DNA of 64,000 nucleotides. Origin: an uncultured delta proteobacterium (GTDB taxonomy: Bacteria > Myxococcota > Myxococcia > SLRQ01). Each line of letters starts with the position of its first letter. The stretch's first letter is position 1. Of this stretch, positions 1 through 10,876 are shown piece after piece. Both the position numbers and the translations under genes were made by a program. The stretch is taken from contig CAVSGM010000002.1 in the NCBI GenBank assembly GCA_963727485.1, forward strand, positions 928,001-992,000, written 5' to 3'. Under the pieces are notes generated by a model. The model ran no database searches. It saw nothing but the letters and a program-made list of their open reading frames with translations, and had not been told where the DNA came from.

Positions 1-174
1 CCGGTGCTGGCCCGGGCGGCGGTGGCGGTGGGGGTCGACGCGATCTTCGCCGAGGTCCACGAGGACCCGGACCACGCCCGCTCCGACGGCCCCAACTCCC
101 TGACCTACGCGCTCCTCGACCAGCTCCTCGACGAGGCGGTCCGCCTCCGCGCCGCCCTGGGGGCCGGGACATGA
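1..174 (+). CDS. kdsA: KDO 8-phosphate synthase, 3' end (partial at window edge)
   Basis: Frame 1 reads [34 protein letters not shown], the typical KdsA C-terminus; ATGA overlap with kdsC. Confidence 0.9.
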   Translation, partial: PVLARAAVAVGVDAIFAEVHEDPDHARSDGPNSLTYALLDQLLDEAVRLRAALGAGT

Positions 175-707
175 GCGACCCGGCCAGCCCCGGCGGCGCC
201 GGCGGCCTCCCCCTCGGCGAGCGCGCCGCGACCATCGCGCTGCTGGTCCTCGACGTCGACGGGGTGCTCACCGACGGGCGCCTCTGGTACGGCCGCGAGG
301 GCGAGGCGATGAAGGCCATCGACACCCGCGACGGCCACGGGCTGGTGCTCCTGCGCCACGCCGGCGTCCGCTTCGCCACCCTCTCCGGGCGGCCCCAGAC
401 CCTGCTGCACCGGCGCTTCGAGGAGCTGGGCTTCACCGAGGTCCGGGAGCGGGTGATCCACAAGCGCCAGGGCATGATCGACCTCGCCGCCTCGCTCGAG
501 GTGCCCCTCGACCAGGTCGCCTACCTCGGCGACGACGTCAACGACCTCGAGGCCCTGGAGATCGTCGGGCTCTCGGCCTGCCCCGCCGACGCCGCCGACG
601 AGGTGCGCGCCCGGGTGGACCTCGTCTGCGCCCACGGCGGCGGCCGGGGGGCGGTGCGCGAGGTGGCCGAGCTGCTCCTCAAGGCCCGGGGGGCCTGGCC
701 CCATTGA
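171..707 (+). CDS. kdsC: KDO 8-phosphate phosphatase (HAD family)
   Basis: [23 protein letters not shown] and GGRGAVRE motifs; follows kdsA. Confidence 0.93.
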   Translation: MSDPASPGGAGGLPLGERAATIALLVLDVDGVLTDGRLWYGREGEAMKAIDTRDGHGLVLLRHAGVRFATLSGRPQTLLHRRFEELGFTEVRERVIHKRQGMIDLAASLEVPLDQVAYLGDDVNDLEALEIVGLSACPADAADEVRARVDLVCAHGGGRGAVREVAELLLKARGAWPH

Positions 708-1115
708 GCCCGCCGCCGCGGCCCCTGCGCCCCCTGGCCCTGGGGTGGGCCGCCTTCGGCATCCTCCCCTACCTCCTGGGCGCCCTGGTCTCGGGCCGGA
801 TGGGCCCGTGGACCTGGGGGCGCCTGGCGGTGGAGCTCTCGGCCCTGATCACCACGCTCCTGGTGGTCCGCGACCGGGCGCCGGTGCCCTTCGGCCGCAC
901 CGCCACCGTCGCCGCCTTCGCCACCTTCGCCCTGGCCTGCGTGCGCTTCGGGGTGCTCCCCTTCATGGGCCCCGGGGCGGCGCCCCCGGGGAGCGCCGCC
1001 GAGCACGTCGCCATCGGCCACCTGCTCGTCGTCGGGGGCGGGGTCGACGCGGCCTTCGCCCTGGCCTGCCTGGTCCTGGCGCTCGCCTGCGGCCACGCCC
1101 TGTGGCGCCGCCGCG

Positions 1116-1144
<29 letters not shown>
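704..1144 (+). CDS. Hypothetical membrane protein (about 4 hydrophobic segments)
   Basis: TTG start overlaps kdsC stop; hydrophobic stretches; family not recognised. Confidence 0.55.
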
Positions 1145-2141
<997 letters not shown>

Positions 2142-2198
2142 CGCGCGCCTCCTCGGGATCGGGTTCGGGGCCCGATATGGGCCGGGGCCCGGGGGGCG

Positions 2199-4085
2199 TC
2201 AAGGTGGCGGGAGGGTCGGCCGCGGGGGCGGCGTGAGCACCCGCGGCAGGTAGCCGGCCTCCAGGGTGACCCCGGCGAAGGCGTGGTCGGCGAACACCAT
2301 CACGTACCAGGGGCCGGCGGCGGCGTCGCCCAGCTCCACCGTCTCCGCGTTGCCCGGGCCCCGGCTGCGGGCGTCCCAGTCGGTGAGGGTGGGCTCGGCC
2401 CCTTGGCGCAGGTAGAGGTCGGCGTCGCCCCGGCCTCCGGTGAGGCGCACGGTGACCCCGGTGGCGCCGGGGGGGACCGCGAGGAAGAACCGGCGCGCCG
2501 CTCCGGCTGGGGCCGCGAGGCCCTCGACCGGGACCCCCGCCGTGAGCGCCACCGCGTCCGCGCCCCCGGCCGCGGTGGGCACCGCCACCGCCTGCCACCC
2601 CAGGTCCACCGCCCGGGCGGTGTCGGCGCCGTGGAGATCCCGCGCCGCCTGCACCGTCGCCGCCCGGGCGTCCTGGAAGTCCGAGTCCGGGGAGAGGTAG
2701 ACGGTCAGGGCCCGATAGTAGATGTCCCGGGCCCGGGCGAGGCCGATGGCGGGCACGACGACGTCGGTGGCGCCCCGGGGGTGGACGCCGCCCTGGACGG
2801 TGAGGACGTAGGCGAGGCTCACGATCCCCGCGTTCTCGTGGACCCCGCCCTGGTCGAAGGGGCCCTGGTAGCGGTCGGGCCAGGTGTCGGCGCTGATGCC
2901 GTCCCGGGCCGGGTCGTCGAGGTAGCGCACCGCGTCGCCGGGGATCCCGGGGGTGTACACGTCCTCGCCCATCTCCCAGGTCCCCGGGCCCACGGCGCCG
3001 TCGCGCCAGGCCTCGCAGGTGGCGGCGAGCAGGTCGGCGAAGCCCTCGGCGAGGGCCCCGGGGGCGTTCTGGAACACCAGGCCGGCGGTGTGGGCCTCGA
3101 CCCCGTGGGTGAGCTCGTGGACGGTCACGTCGTAGGCCAGCGCGAGGTCGGCGAAGAGGACCCCGTCGCCGTCGCCGAGGTGGATGACGTCGTGGTCGAG
3201 ATCGTAGAAGGCGCCGTCGAAGGCCGACAGGTCGTGGACCACGCTGACCAAAGGCGCGCCGGCGCCGTCGAAGGAGTCCCGGCCGAAGAGGGCCAGGTAG
3301 CAGGCCCAGGCGTCGCCGGTGTGGGCGTAGGCGGCGTCGACGTCGGGGTCGCCGGTGTCCGGATCGCCCTCGGCCCGGGCGAGGCGGGCCACCCCGGTGC
3401 GCCGGTCGTAGACCCGCCGCGCCAGCGCCCCCGGGGTCCGGGGGTGCACGTCGAGCCAGGCACCGGTGACGGCGTCGAGGTAGATCCGCGCGGTCCCGGG
3501 CGCCCCCGGCGCGCCCAGGGGGACCTCCCAGGCGAGGCGCGCCACCCCGGTGGCCGAGCCCACCTCGTAGACCAGCCTTGCGGGCCCCGGCGCCCGCCCC
3601 GCCCACGCCGCCACCGTGGCCCGGGCGGCGGCGGCGGAGATCCGCGGCACCGGGGCGGCCGGCACCGGCGCCGCGGTGCCGGACACCGCGTAGACCCGGC
3701 CCGAGGGATCCACGTGGACCCCCACCTCGCCGCCGACGACCTCGAGGCCGAAGGCGGTCTCCCGGTACCGGGCGTGGCGGTCGCCGAGGCGGTCGGTCCA
3801 GGCCCGCACCAGCTCGAGCTGCGCCGCCCCGATCCCGAAGAGGGGCGCCAGGCGCGCCAGGTCCGGGCCCTCGCCGAGGTCGCCGACCACGAACCGGGGG
3901 ACGGCGGCGGGCCCGAGGCTCACCACCCGCGGCGCCGGGAGGGCCTCGAGGGCCGCCTCGATCCCCGGGGCCACCCGGGCGTCCACGGTCGCCGGCCGGG
4001 GCGGGGCGCAGGCGGTCGCCAGGATGGCGAGGGCGGCCAGGATCGCGGGGGTCGCCACCGGGCGGCTGGGGGCGGAGGGGCTCAT
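2199..4085 (-). CDS. M4 (thermolysin-like) metalloprotease, putative lipoprotein, with propeptide and C-terminal PPC domain
   Basis: Lipobox-like LATAC; HELTH zinc motif; GALAEGFAD; GGVHENAGI; PPC-like GDADLYLR...GPWYVMV. True start is at 4085, inside the chimeric 2199..5825 ORF. Confidence 0.88.
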   Translation of the reverse strand: MSPSAPSRPVATPAILAALAILATACAPPRPATVDARVAPGIEAALEALPAPRVVSLGPAAVPRFVVGDLGEGPDLARLAPLFGIGAAQLELVRAWTDRLGDRHARYRETAFGLEVVGGEVGVHVDPSGRVYAVSGTAAPVPAAPVPRISAAAARATVAAWAGRAPGPARLVYEVGSATGVARLAWEVPLGAPGAPGTARIYLDAVTGAWLDVHPRTPGALARRVYDRRTGVARLARAEGDPDTGDPDVDAAYAHTGDAWACYLALFGRDSFDGAGAPLVSVVHDLSAFDGAFYDLDHDVIHLGDGDGVLFADLALAYDVTVHELTHGVEAHTAGLVFQNAPGALAEGFADLLAATCEAWRDGAVGPGTWEMGEDVYTPGIPGDAVRYLDDPARDGISADTWPDRYQGPFDQGGVHENAGIVSLAYVLTVQGGVHPRGATDVVVPAIGLARARDIYYRALTVYLSPDSDFQDARAATVQAARDLHGADTARAVDLGWQAVAVPTAAGGADAVALTAGVPVEGLAAPAGAARRFFLAVPPGATGVTVRLTGGRGDADLYLRQGAEPTLTDWDARSRGPGNAETVELGDAAAGPWYVMVFADHAFAGVTLEAGYLPRVLTPPPRPTLPPP

Positions 4086-4777
4086 GGGGGCAGGCAGGCG
4101 CGGGTGCCCGTGGCGTCGACCTCGGCGCAGCGGTAGCCGGCGCGGCAGTCGGCGGAGGTGGCGCACCCGGGGAGGCAGTAGGCGTCGCCGGGGAGGCGCG
4201 GGTCGAAGAGGACGCACACGGTCGCCGCCGGGCAGGGCTCGGCGACCGGGTCGCAGGCGAGGACGCAGCAGCCCCCGGGCCAGTCCGGGGGCGCGGCGCA
4301 GTACCCGGTGGGCCCGCCGGCGCAGTCCCACTGGTGGGCGCAGGGGTCGCCCACCGCCCCCGGGCCGGTGGCGGCGGGCCAGCACTCGAGGCGGCCGTCG
4401 CCGTCGGCGTCGAAGCACCCGTAGCCGGCGGCGTCGCGGCAGTCGGCGCCGGTGGCGCAGTCCGGGAGGCAGGCCCCGGCGGCGTCCACCACGAAGGCGC
4501 AGTGGCTCCCGGTGGGGCACCTCTCGGCGAGGTCGCAGCGCCGGATGCACAGGCCGTCCTCGAAGCCGTCGGCGGCGGTGGCGCACACGCCGCCGGTCCC
4601 CCCGGCGCAGTCGGCGTCCCGGGCGCAGGGCGCGCCCACCGCGGCGCCGGCCTCCCCGCCGTCCGCCGGTCCCGCGTCCGGGGCCGGCGGGGGCCCGGCG
4701 TCGACGCGCGGGTCGCCGGCGGTGCCACAGGCCACGAGGGCCGTGGCCAGGAGAACGGTGGCCAGGCCTCCCCGCAT
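4082..4777 (-). CDS. Cys-rich putative lipoprotein
   Basis: Signal peptide with LVAC lipobox; repeated GxPC..DC and C..G..C units; ATGA overlap with the M4 protease gene. Confidence 0.75.
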   Translation of the reverse strand: MRGGLATVLLATALVACGTAGDPRVDAGPPPAPDAGPADGGEAGAAVGAPCARDADCAGGTGGVCATAADGFEDGLCIRRCDLAERCPTGSHCAFVVDAAGACLPDCATGADCRDAAGYGCFDADGDGRLECWPAATGPGAVGDPCAHQWDCAGGPTGYCAAPPDWPGGCCVLACDPVAEPCPAATVCVLFDPRLPGDAYCLPGCATSADCRAGYRCAEVDATGTRACLPP

Positions 4778-4867
4778 GCGCCCCCCCGGGCGCCGGGACG
4801 GGCCGCTGCGGCCGGCCCCGGGTCCACGGGGAGTCTAGGCATCCGCCGGGGGCGGGACCCGCCGGGC

Positions 4868-5825
4868 CTACTCCCCGCCGATGCGGTGGGCGGCGACCAG
4901 GGCGTCGAGGTGGGCGGCCAGGGCGCCGCGGGCGTCGGTGTAGCGCACCTTGAGGGTCCGCTCGGCCAGGGACGGATCGCCGGTGGCCGCGTGGGTGAAG
5001 GCGAGGATCCGCTCCCGGCGCCCCACCGGGTCGCGCCGGCGCAGGCGCGAGACCAGGGCGTCGACGCGCCCGGCGACCTCCACGGTGTGGGGCGGCGCCG
5101 CGCGCATCACCACCGGCCAGCCGGTGGCCAGCCCCACCAGGTCGCCGAGGGCGCGCCACCCGAGGGCGTCGGCCTGGAGCAGATAGCGGGCCCCGGCCTC
5201 GCCGCGCTCGAGGGCGGCGAGGTGGGCCTCGACCACGTCGGCCAGCGGCACCACCGGCACCCTTGTCCCCTCGGGGAACACGGGGATCCGCGCGTCGGCG
5301 AGGTCGATGAGCAGCCGGGTCAGGGGCCCGTCGTCGCCGATGGTGAACGCCGGGGCCAGGACCTCGACGTGCATGCCCCGGGCCCCGACCTTCCACACCT
5401 CGCCCTCGGCGAGGCGGCGGCTGACCACGTAGGGGGTCAGGGCCTCGGGCGAGAGGGGCCCGGCGGCGAGGTGGGTGCTGGTGTAGACGAGGCGGTCGAC
5501 CCCGGCCTCGGCGCAGGCCTGGGCCACGGTGCGGGTCCCGGCGACGTTGATGGCGTAGAGCTGGTCGAGGCGCCGCTCGGGGATGACGAAGTCGTCCCCG
5601 GCCCAGGCCACCAGGTGGTAGGCGGCGTCGCAGCCCCCGGGCCGCCTCCAGGAGCGCCGACCGGGCGCCCACGTCGGCCTCGACCACGGTGGCGTCGGCG
5701 CCCTCTGGCACCTTGAGGCGCTCGGGGCGCCGGGCGCAGATCACCAGGGCGTGCCCGGCCTCGGCGAGGCGGGTCATCAGCGCCTGGCCGAGCGCCCCGG
5801 TGGGGCCAACGAGGAGGATCCGCAT
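4868..5825 (-). CDS. NAD-dependent epimerase/dehydratase (extended SDR), frameshifted at about 5636
   Basis: N-terminus MRILLVGPTGALG (Rossmann fold) continues in another frame as INVAGTRTV...LVYTST...YVVSR; removing one C from CCCCC at 5634-5638 fuses the frames. Confidence 0.8.
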
Positions 5826-5948
5826 CGCTTGGGGGACCTATCACCGCCCCGGCCCGGTTTGAAGCCGGCGCGGGGCGGCAGGCCCGGGTCTCGGCGGGCC
5901 GGGCGGCACCGACGTTGCGCCCGGGCCCAACCCGTGCATCATCGCCCG

Positions 5949-6866
5949 GTGCCCGTCCCCCGCCGCAAACGGCTCCGGCGCCAGCTCCGCGCCGCCGTCC
6001 TCCGCGCGCTCCTCGCCGTGTTCGGCCGCCTGCCCCTGCGCCCGGCCCTGGCGCTCGGCCGGGGCCTGGGCTGGCTGGCGTTCCACCTGGTGGGCGGCGA
6101 GCGCCGGCGCGCCGAGGCCAACCTGCGCCTCGCCTTCCCGGACGCCGACGACCGCTTCGTCCGGGACACGGTGCGCCAGATGTTCGTGAACCTCGGCGAG
6201 CACGCCCTGGAGAACATCTGCATCCGCGGGGTCGACCGGCGCCTCCCCGGCTGGGTGCGCTTCGAGGACCAGGACCGGGCGATCCTGGAGCGGGCGCTGG
6301 CCACCGGCGCCGGGGCGGTGGTGCTCTCGGGCCACATCGGCAACTGGGAGCTCGCCGCGCGCTTCCTCGCCCACGAGGGCTACCGGGTGGTCGCCGTGGG
6401 CCGGGAGAGCCACGACCCGGGCCTCCAGCGCCTCATGGACGACCTCCGGGGGAGCGGCGGGGTGACCGTGCTCCCCCGCGGCGCCCGGTCGACCCCGGTG
6501 AAGATGCTCCGGCAGCTCCAGAGGGGCGACGCCCTCTTCCTCCTGGTGGACCAGGACACCGACGTCCCCAGCGTCTTCGTGCCCTTCTTCGGGCGGCCGG
6601 CGAAGACCCCGCGGGCGCCGGCGGATCTGTGCGTCCGGCGCGCCGGCTCGCACCTGGTCGCCGGGCTCCTCCACCGGGACGGGCCGGGCCAGGGGCACCA
6701 GCTGGTCTTCCACGAGATCGAGGTCGCGCGCACCGGCGACCCCGAGGCCGACGCGGTGACGACGACGGCGCGGATCAACGAGATGTACGAGGCGGAGATC
6801 CGCGCCGCCCCGGCACAGTGGGTGTGGTTCCACCCCAGGTGGCGGTCGCGGCCGCCGGCGGACTAG
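5949..6866 (+). CDS. Lipid A lauroyl/lysophospholipid acyltransferase (LpxL/HtrB family)
   Basis: GHIGNWE, LLVDQD, VPFFG and QWVWFHPRW motifs; start uncertain (GTG at 5934 or 5949). Confidence 0.88.
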   Translation: MPVPRRKRLRRQLRAAVLRALLAVFGRLPLRPALALGRGLGWLAFHLVGGERRRAEANLRLAFPDADDRFVRDTVRQMFVNLGEHALENICIRGVDRRLPGWVRFEDQDRAILERALATGAGAVVLSGHIGNWELAARFLAHEGYRVVAVGRESHDPGLQRLMDDLRGSGGVTVLPRGARSTPVKMLRQLQRGDALFLLVDQDTDVPSVFVPFFGRPAKTPRAPADLCVRRAGSHLVAGLLHRDGPGQGHQLVFHEIEVARTGDPEADAVTTTARINEMYEAEIRAAPAQWVWFHPRWRSRPPAD

Positions 6867-7921
6867 TCGTCGCCGGGGCCCGCGGGCTCGAGGCGCTCGA
6901 AGCCCCCGAGCTTGTACACCGCCACCGAGATCAGCCACCCGGCGACGAACACGCCGATCACCAGGTACCCCAGGCTCCCGAGCGCCTCGTTCACCTGCGC
7001 CAGGCGCCCCCAGATGGGCCCGGTGAGCCCCAGGTGGCTCGCGATCGCCGCCCCGGCCTCGACCCCGCCGATGAGCACCGCCACCACCACCGAGATCAGG
7101 GTGATGGAGAGGTTGTAGTAGAGCTTGCGCACCGGTCGGGTGTAGGCCCAGCCGTAGGCGCCGACCATGAGCACCCCGTCGGTGGTGTCGACGAGGCTCA
7201 TCCCCGCGGTGAACAGCGCCGCGAACAGCAGGATGGACCACAGCGGCATCCCCTGGACCGCGGCGACGGCGCTGATCCCGAGGAGCCCCACCTCGCTGGC
7301 GGTGTCGAAGCCGAGGCCGAAGAGGAGGCCCAGCGGGTACATCTTCCAGCTCCGGTCGATGAGCCGGTAGAGGGGCCGGAAGAAGCGGCCGAGGAGCCCG
7401 CGCTGGTCGAGGGTGCGGTCGAGGGCGCCGTCGTCGAGGGCCCCGCCGGCGCGCACCCGCTTGAAGGCGATCCACACGTCCCGGAGGATCACCGCGTTGA
7501 TGGCGGCGATGAGCAGGAGGAACCCGGCGGAGACCGAGGTGCCGATGAGCCCGCCGACCTCCTTGAGGCCCGGGAACGCCCGGTTGGCGGCGGCGGCGCC
7601 GACGGCGATGACCCCCGCGGCGACCACCACCACCGTGGAGTGGCCGAGGGAGAAGAAGAGCCCGACGCCGACGGGCCGCTGGCCGTCCTGCATCAGCTTG
7701 CGGGTGACGTTGTCGATGGCGGCGATGTGGTCGGCGTCGACGGCGTGGCGCAGGCCGAGGGCGTAGGCCAGCACCGCGGTGGCCACCAGCTGGGGCCAGT
7801 GGCGGAAGGCGAGCAGGCTCAAAGCCCACACCGCGAGGTTGGCGGTGACGAGCCCGAGGTAGACGCGGGTCACCCGGCCGCGGAAGGCGGACCGGGGCGG
7901 GCTGGAGAGGGCTGGGACCAT
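6863..7921 (-). CDS. HoxN/HupN/NixA family (NiCoT) nickel/cobalt permease
   Basis: Signature RHAVDADHIAAID; FFSLGHS; GLGFDTASE; multiple TM segments. Confidence 0.95.
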   Translation of the reverse strand: MVPALSSPPRSAFRGRVTRVYLGLVTANLAVWALSLLAFRHWPQLVATAVLAYALGLRHAVDADHIAAIDNVTRKLMQDGQRPVGVGLFFSLGHSTVVVVAAGVIAVGAAAANRAFPGLKEVGGLIGTSVSAGFLLLIAAINAVILRDVWIAFKRVRAGGALDDGALDRTLDQRGLLGRFFRPLYRLIDRSWKMYPLGLLFGLGFDTASEVGLLGISAVAAVQGMPLWSILLFAALFTAGMSLVDTTDGVLMVGAYGWAYTRPVRKLYYNLSITLISVVVAVLIGGVEAGAAIASHLGLTGPIWGRLAQVNEALGSLGYLVIGVFVAGWLISVAVYKLGGFERLEPAGPGDD

Positions 7922-7975
7922 GACTCGGGCGAAGCCTAGCCGCGATCCCCCCGGAGGCACGCGCCCCGCGCGGCG

Positions 7976-8923
7976 TCATCCCCCCAGCCGGAACCGGGCG
8001 ATGAGCGGCACGTGGTCCGAGAGCCCGTGGAACCGCCCCCGCCGGTCGCCGAAGCGCAGCGTCCCGTCGAGGTCCAGCCACTCCACCCCCTGGCCGAACA
8101 TGTGGTCGAGGTGCATCCGCAGGCGCATGAACCCGGCGGTGGGGAAGGCGCGGACGGCGTCCGGGGTCACCAGCCCCACGCGGGTCTCGGCGCTGTCGAA
8201 GCCCGCGTCCTCGGTGAGGTAGCGGAACACCGGCGAGGCCGGCGGGGCGTTGAAGTCGCCGCAGACCACGAACGGCTCCTCCCCCGCGTTCTCGGCGACG
8301 AAGCGCGCCAGGGACCGCGCCTCCTCCACCTGGTTGGGCCCGTAGCCCATCTTGTCGCCGCGGTGCCAGAACTCCTTGTTCATGAACGCGGGCAGCGAGA
8401 GGTGGGTGTTGAAGAGGTGGAAGCGCTGGTCGGCGGCGTCGGCGAGGGTGAGGTGGGCGCAGATCCGCGTCTGCTTCCGGCTCTTCCACCGCTCCACCCG
8501 GTAGTGGGTGATGCGGTGGGGCGCCTCGACGTTGTGGCTGTCCACGTGGAGGGTGGCGAGGTTGACGATGACCGCGAGCCCGGTGGTGTAGAGGTTGCGC
8601 CCCCGCACCCGGTAGCGGTGCGCCCGGAAGTAGAAGGCCTCGTAGGGGAACGGCCGCTTGGCGTCGTCGAAGGCCGCGTCGATGCGGGTCATCAGCCGCT
8701 CGAGCTGGGTGGTGCCGTTCTGGCGGGCCTCCTTGTGGGCGAGGTTCGCCCGCAGCGAGCCGGTCTCCACCTCCTGGAGGCAGATGAGGTCCGGGAGGGG
8801 ATTGAGGGAGACCAGGGCCTTGGCGATGCGCTGCTCGGCCCCGGCGGTGCTCGCCACCCCCCGGAGGGCGTGACCGAAGTACCGGACGTTGTAGGTGACG
8901 ACGCGCAGGGGTGGGGTGGCCAT
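7976..8923 (-). CDS. Endonuclease/exonuclease/phosphatase (EEP) family protein
   Basis: TYNV, CLQEV, NTHL, CGDFN, LDH and SDH motifs. Confidence 0.9.
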   Translation of the reverse strand: MATPPLRVVTYNVRYFGHALRGVASTAGAEQRIAKALVSLNPLPDLICLQEVETGSLRANLAHKEARQNGTTQLERLMTRIDAAFDDAKRPFPYEAFYFRAHRYRVRGRNLYTTGLAVIVNLATLHVDSHNVEAPHRITHYRVERWKSRKQTRICAHLTLADAADQRFHLFNTHLSLPAFMNKEFWHRGDKMGYGPNQVEEARSLARFVAENAGEEPFVVCGDFNAPPASPVFRYLTEDAGFDSAETRVGLVTPDAVRAFPTAGFMRLRMHLDHMFGQGVEWLDLDGTLRFGDRRGRFHGLSDHVPLIARFRLGG

Positions 8924-9025
8924 GGCCTTGCTCTCCGAGGGCTCCTGCCGTGAGGATAGGTCCGCCCCCCTGGGGACCCAAGGCGCCAACCCCGCGAGAT
9001 CCATGGGTTTGGCAAGGTTTGCAGT

Positions 9026-9041
9026 AGCAAGCTGCGTGCCA
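9026..9041 (-). promoter_or_regulatory. Sigma54 (-24/-12) promoter for the EEP gene
   Basis: Minus strand reads TGGCACGCAGCTTGCT (GG-N10-GC), near-perfect consensus, about 100 bp upstream of the ATG at 8923. Confidence 0.75.
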
Positions 9042-9044
9042 TGG

Positions 9045-9074
9045 TTTACATTCCTCGGGGAGCGCTGGTATACT
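9045..9074 (+). promoter_or_regulatory. Sigma70-type promoter for the lptCAB-rpoN operon
   Basis: TTTACA-N18-TATACT with extended -10 TG, in an AT-enriched spacer. Confidence 0.6.
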
Positions 9075-9110
9075 CGGCTCCGTCGTCAACCAGAAAAGTG
9101 AGTATTCACG

Positions 9111-9578
9111 GTGGGTTACCGAGAAGCACGACTGGATGGCACGGCGGGCCGACGCGGCGGTCCCGCCCTCGGGGGACTGCCAGGGCTGGTGGCCCTCGCT
9201 GCCCTCGCCGCCGGCTGCGCCACCTCGGCGCCGCCCCCGGCGCCGGCCTCCACCGTCCGCCTCACCGGCGTCCGGGCCTGGCGCCACGCCGGCGCCACCC
9301 TGGTGGCCACCGCCCGGGCCCGGGTCGCCACCCTCGACCCCGACCTGCGCACCGCCCGCCTCGAGGGCGCCCGCCTCGGCCTGCCCGCCCAGGCCGTCAC
9401 CCTCGCCGCCCCGGCGGTGACCCTGGACCTCTCGGCCAACCGCGCCACCGGCACCGACGGCGTCCACGTCACCGGGCCCAGCTGGACGCTCACCGCCCGG
9501 ACCTTCACCCTGGCCCCGGAGCCCGCCGGGCTCACCCTCGCAGGCGACGTCGACGCCCGGGGGGAGGCGACCCGGTGA
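9111..9578 (+). CDS. lptC: LptC-like LPS export periplasmic protein
   Basis: Lies directly before lptA/lptB; hydrophobic N-terminus ending LAAGC; beta-strand-rich body; start uncertain. Confidence 0.55.
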   Translation: MGYREARLDGTAGRRGGPALGGLPGLVALAALAAGCATSAPPPAPASTVRLTGVRAWRHAGATLVATARARVATLDPDLRTARLEGARLGLPAQAVTLAAPAVTLDLSANRATGTDGVHVTGPSWTLTARTFTLAPEPAGLTLAGDVDARGEATR

Positions 9579-10097
9579 GGCGGCTCCTGGTCCTCGCCAT
9601 GTCGCTCGGCCTCGCCGCCCCGGCCGTGGCCGCGGCCCAGGCCGGCGGGGCGAGGTCCCCTGGCCGGCCGGCGCCGCTCTTCCGCCCCAGCCCCAAGCTC
9701 CCGGTGCAGATCCAGGCCGACCAGCTCGGTGGCCCACGCCCAGGGCCACCAGGCGACCTTCTCCGGCCACGTCCACGTGGCCCAGGCCGGCTACACCCTC
9801 ACCTGCGACCGGCTCACCGTCTTCTACGGCGCCGGGCAGAAGGTCGAGCGCCTCGTCGCCGACGGCCACGTGAGGGTGGTCCAGGGCGACCGGGTGGTCA
9901 CCTCCGAGCGCGCCGAGCTGAACAACAAGAAGCGCCTGCTCACCCTCACCGGCGAGCCGGTGGTCACCCAGGGCGAGAACGTCCTCAAGGGCGAGCTCAT
10001 CACCCTCGACCTCGCCACCAACCAGGTGAAGGTGGCCCAGGTCCGGGCCCGGCTGAAGGTCGGCGACCTCACCCGCAGCGACGGAGGCACCCGGTGA
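9575..10097 (+). CDS. lptA: LPS transport periplasmic protein LptA, frameshifted at about 9728
   Basis: Signal peptide and PVQIQADQL, then [11 protein letters not shown]...LTCDRL...[19 protein letters not shown] in the next frame. Confidence 0.85.
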
Positions 10098-10859
10098 CCG
10101 CCCCCGTCCTGGTGGCCGAGGGCCTGGTGAAGCGCTACCGGGGCCGCCGGGTCGTCGACGGCGTCTCCTTCGAGGTCGCCCCCGGCGAGATCGCCGGGCT
10201 GCTCGGCCCCAACGGCGCCGGGAAGACCACCAGCTTCAACATGGTGGTGGGCCTGGTGCGCCCCGACGCCGGCCAGGTGCGCCTCGCCGGCGAGGACGTC
10301 ACCCGCCTGCCCATGCACCGCCGGGCCCGCGCGGGGCCTCGGCTACCTGCCCCAGGAGGCGTCCATCTTCCGGCGGCTCACCGTCCGCGAGAACTTCCTG
10401 GCGGTCATGGAGCTGTGCGGCCTCCCGCGCGCCGAGCGCCCGGGCCGGGTCGACGCCCTGGTCGAGGAGTTCGACCTGCGCACCGTGCAGGACAGCCTCG
10501 GCGAGACCCTCTCCGGAGGCGAGCGCCGCCGGGTGGAGGTGGCGCGCAGCCTCATCCCCGGCCCCCGGGTGATCCTCTTCGACGAGCCGTTCGCCGGCGT
10601 CGACCCCATCGCCGTCGCCGAGCTGCAGAGCCTCATCGGCGGCCTCAAGGCGCGGGGCATCGCCGTGCTCATCACCGACCACAACGTGCGCGAGACCCTG
10701 GGCATCTGCGACCGGGCGACCATCCTCTCCGCGGGGAAGGTCCTGGTCAGCGGCAGCCCCGCCGAGGTGGCGAAGAGCCCCGAGGCCCGGGCCGTCTACC
10801 TCGGAGAGCGCTTCGCCCTCGAGGCGCAGCACCTTTCCGCCCCCCCGGCCCTGGACTAG
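10094..10859 (+). CDS. lptB: LPS export ABC ATPase LptB, frameshifted at about 10335
   Basis: GPNGAGKTT, then [29 protein letters not shown] and TDHNVRETL; one extra G in GGGG at 10333-10336. Confidence 0.92.
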
Positions 10860-10876
10860 CTTCGAATGGAGATCCG

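Noticed and set aside
2199..5825. 1208-aa SDR-protease fusion
   Set aside because: Frameshift read-through across three separate genes
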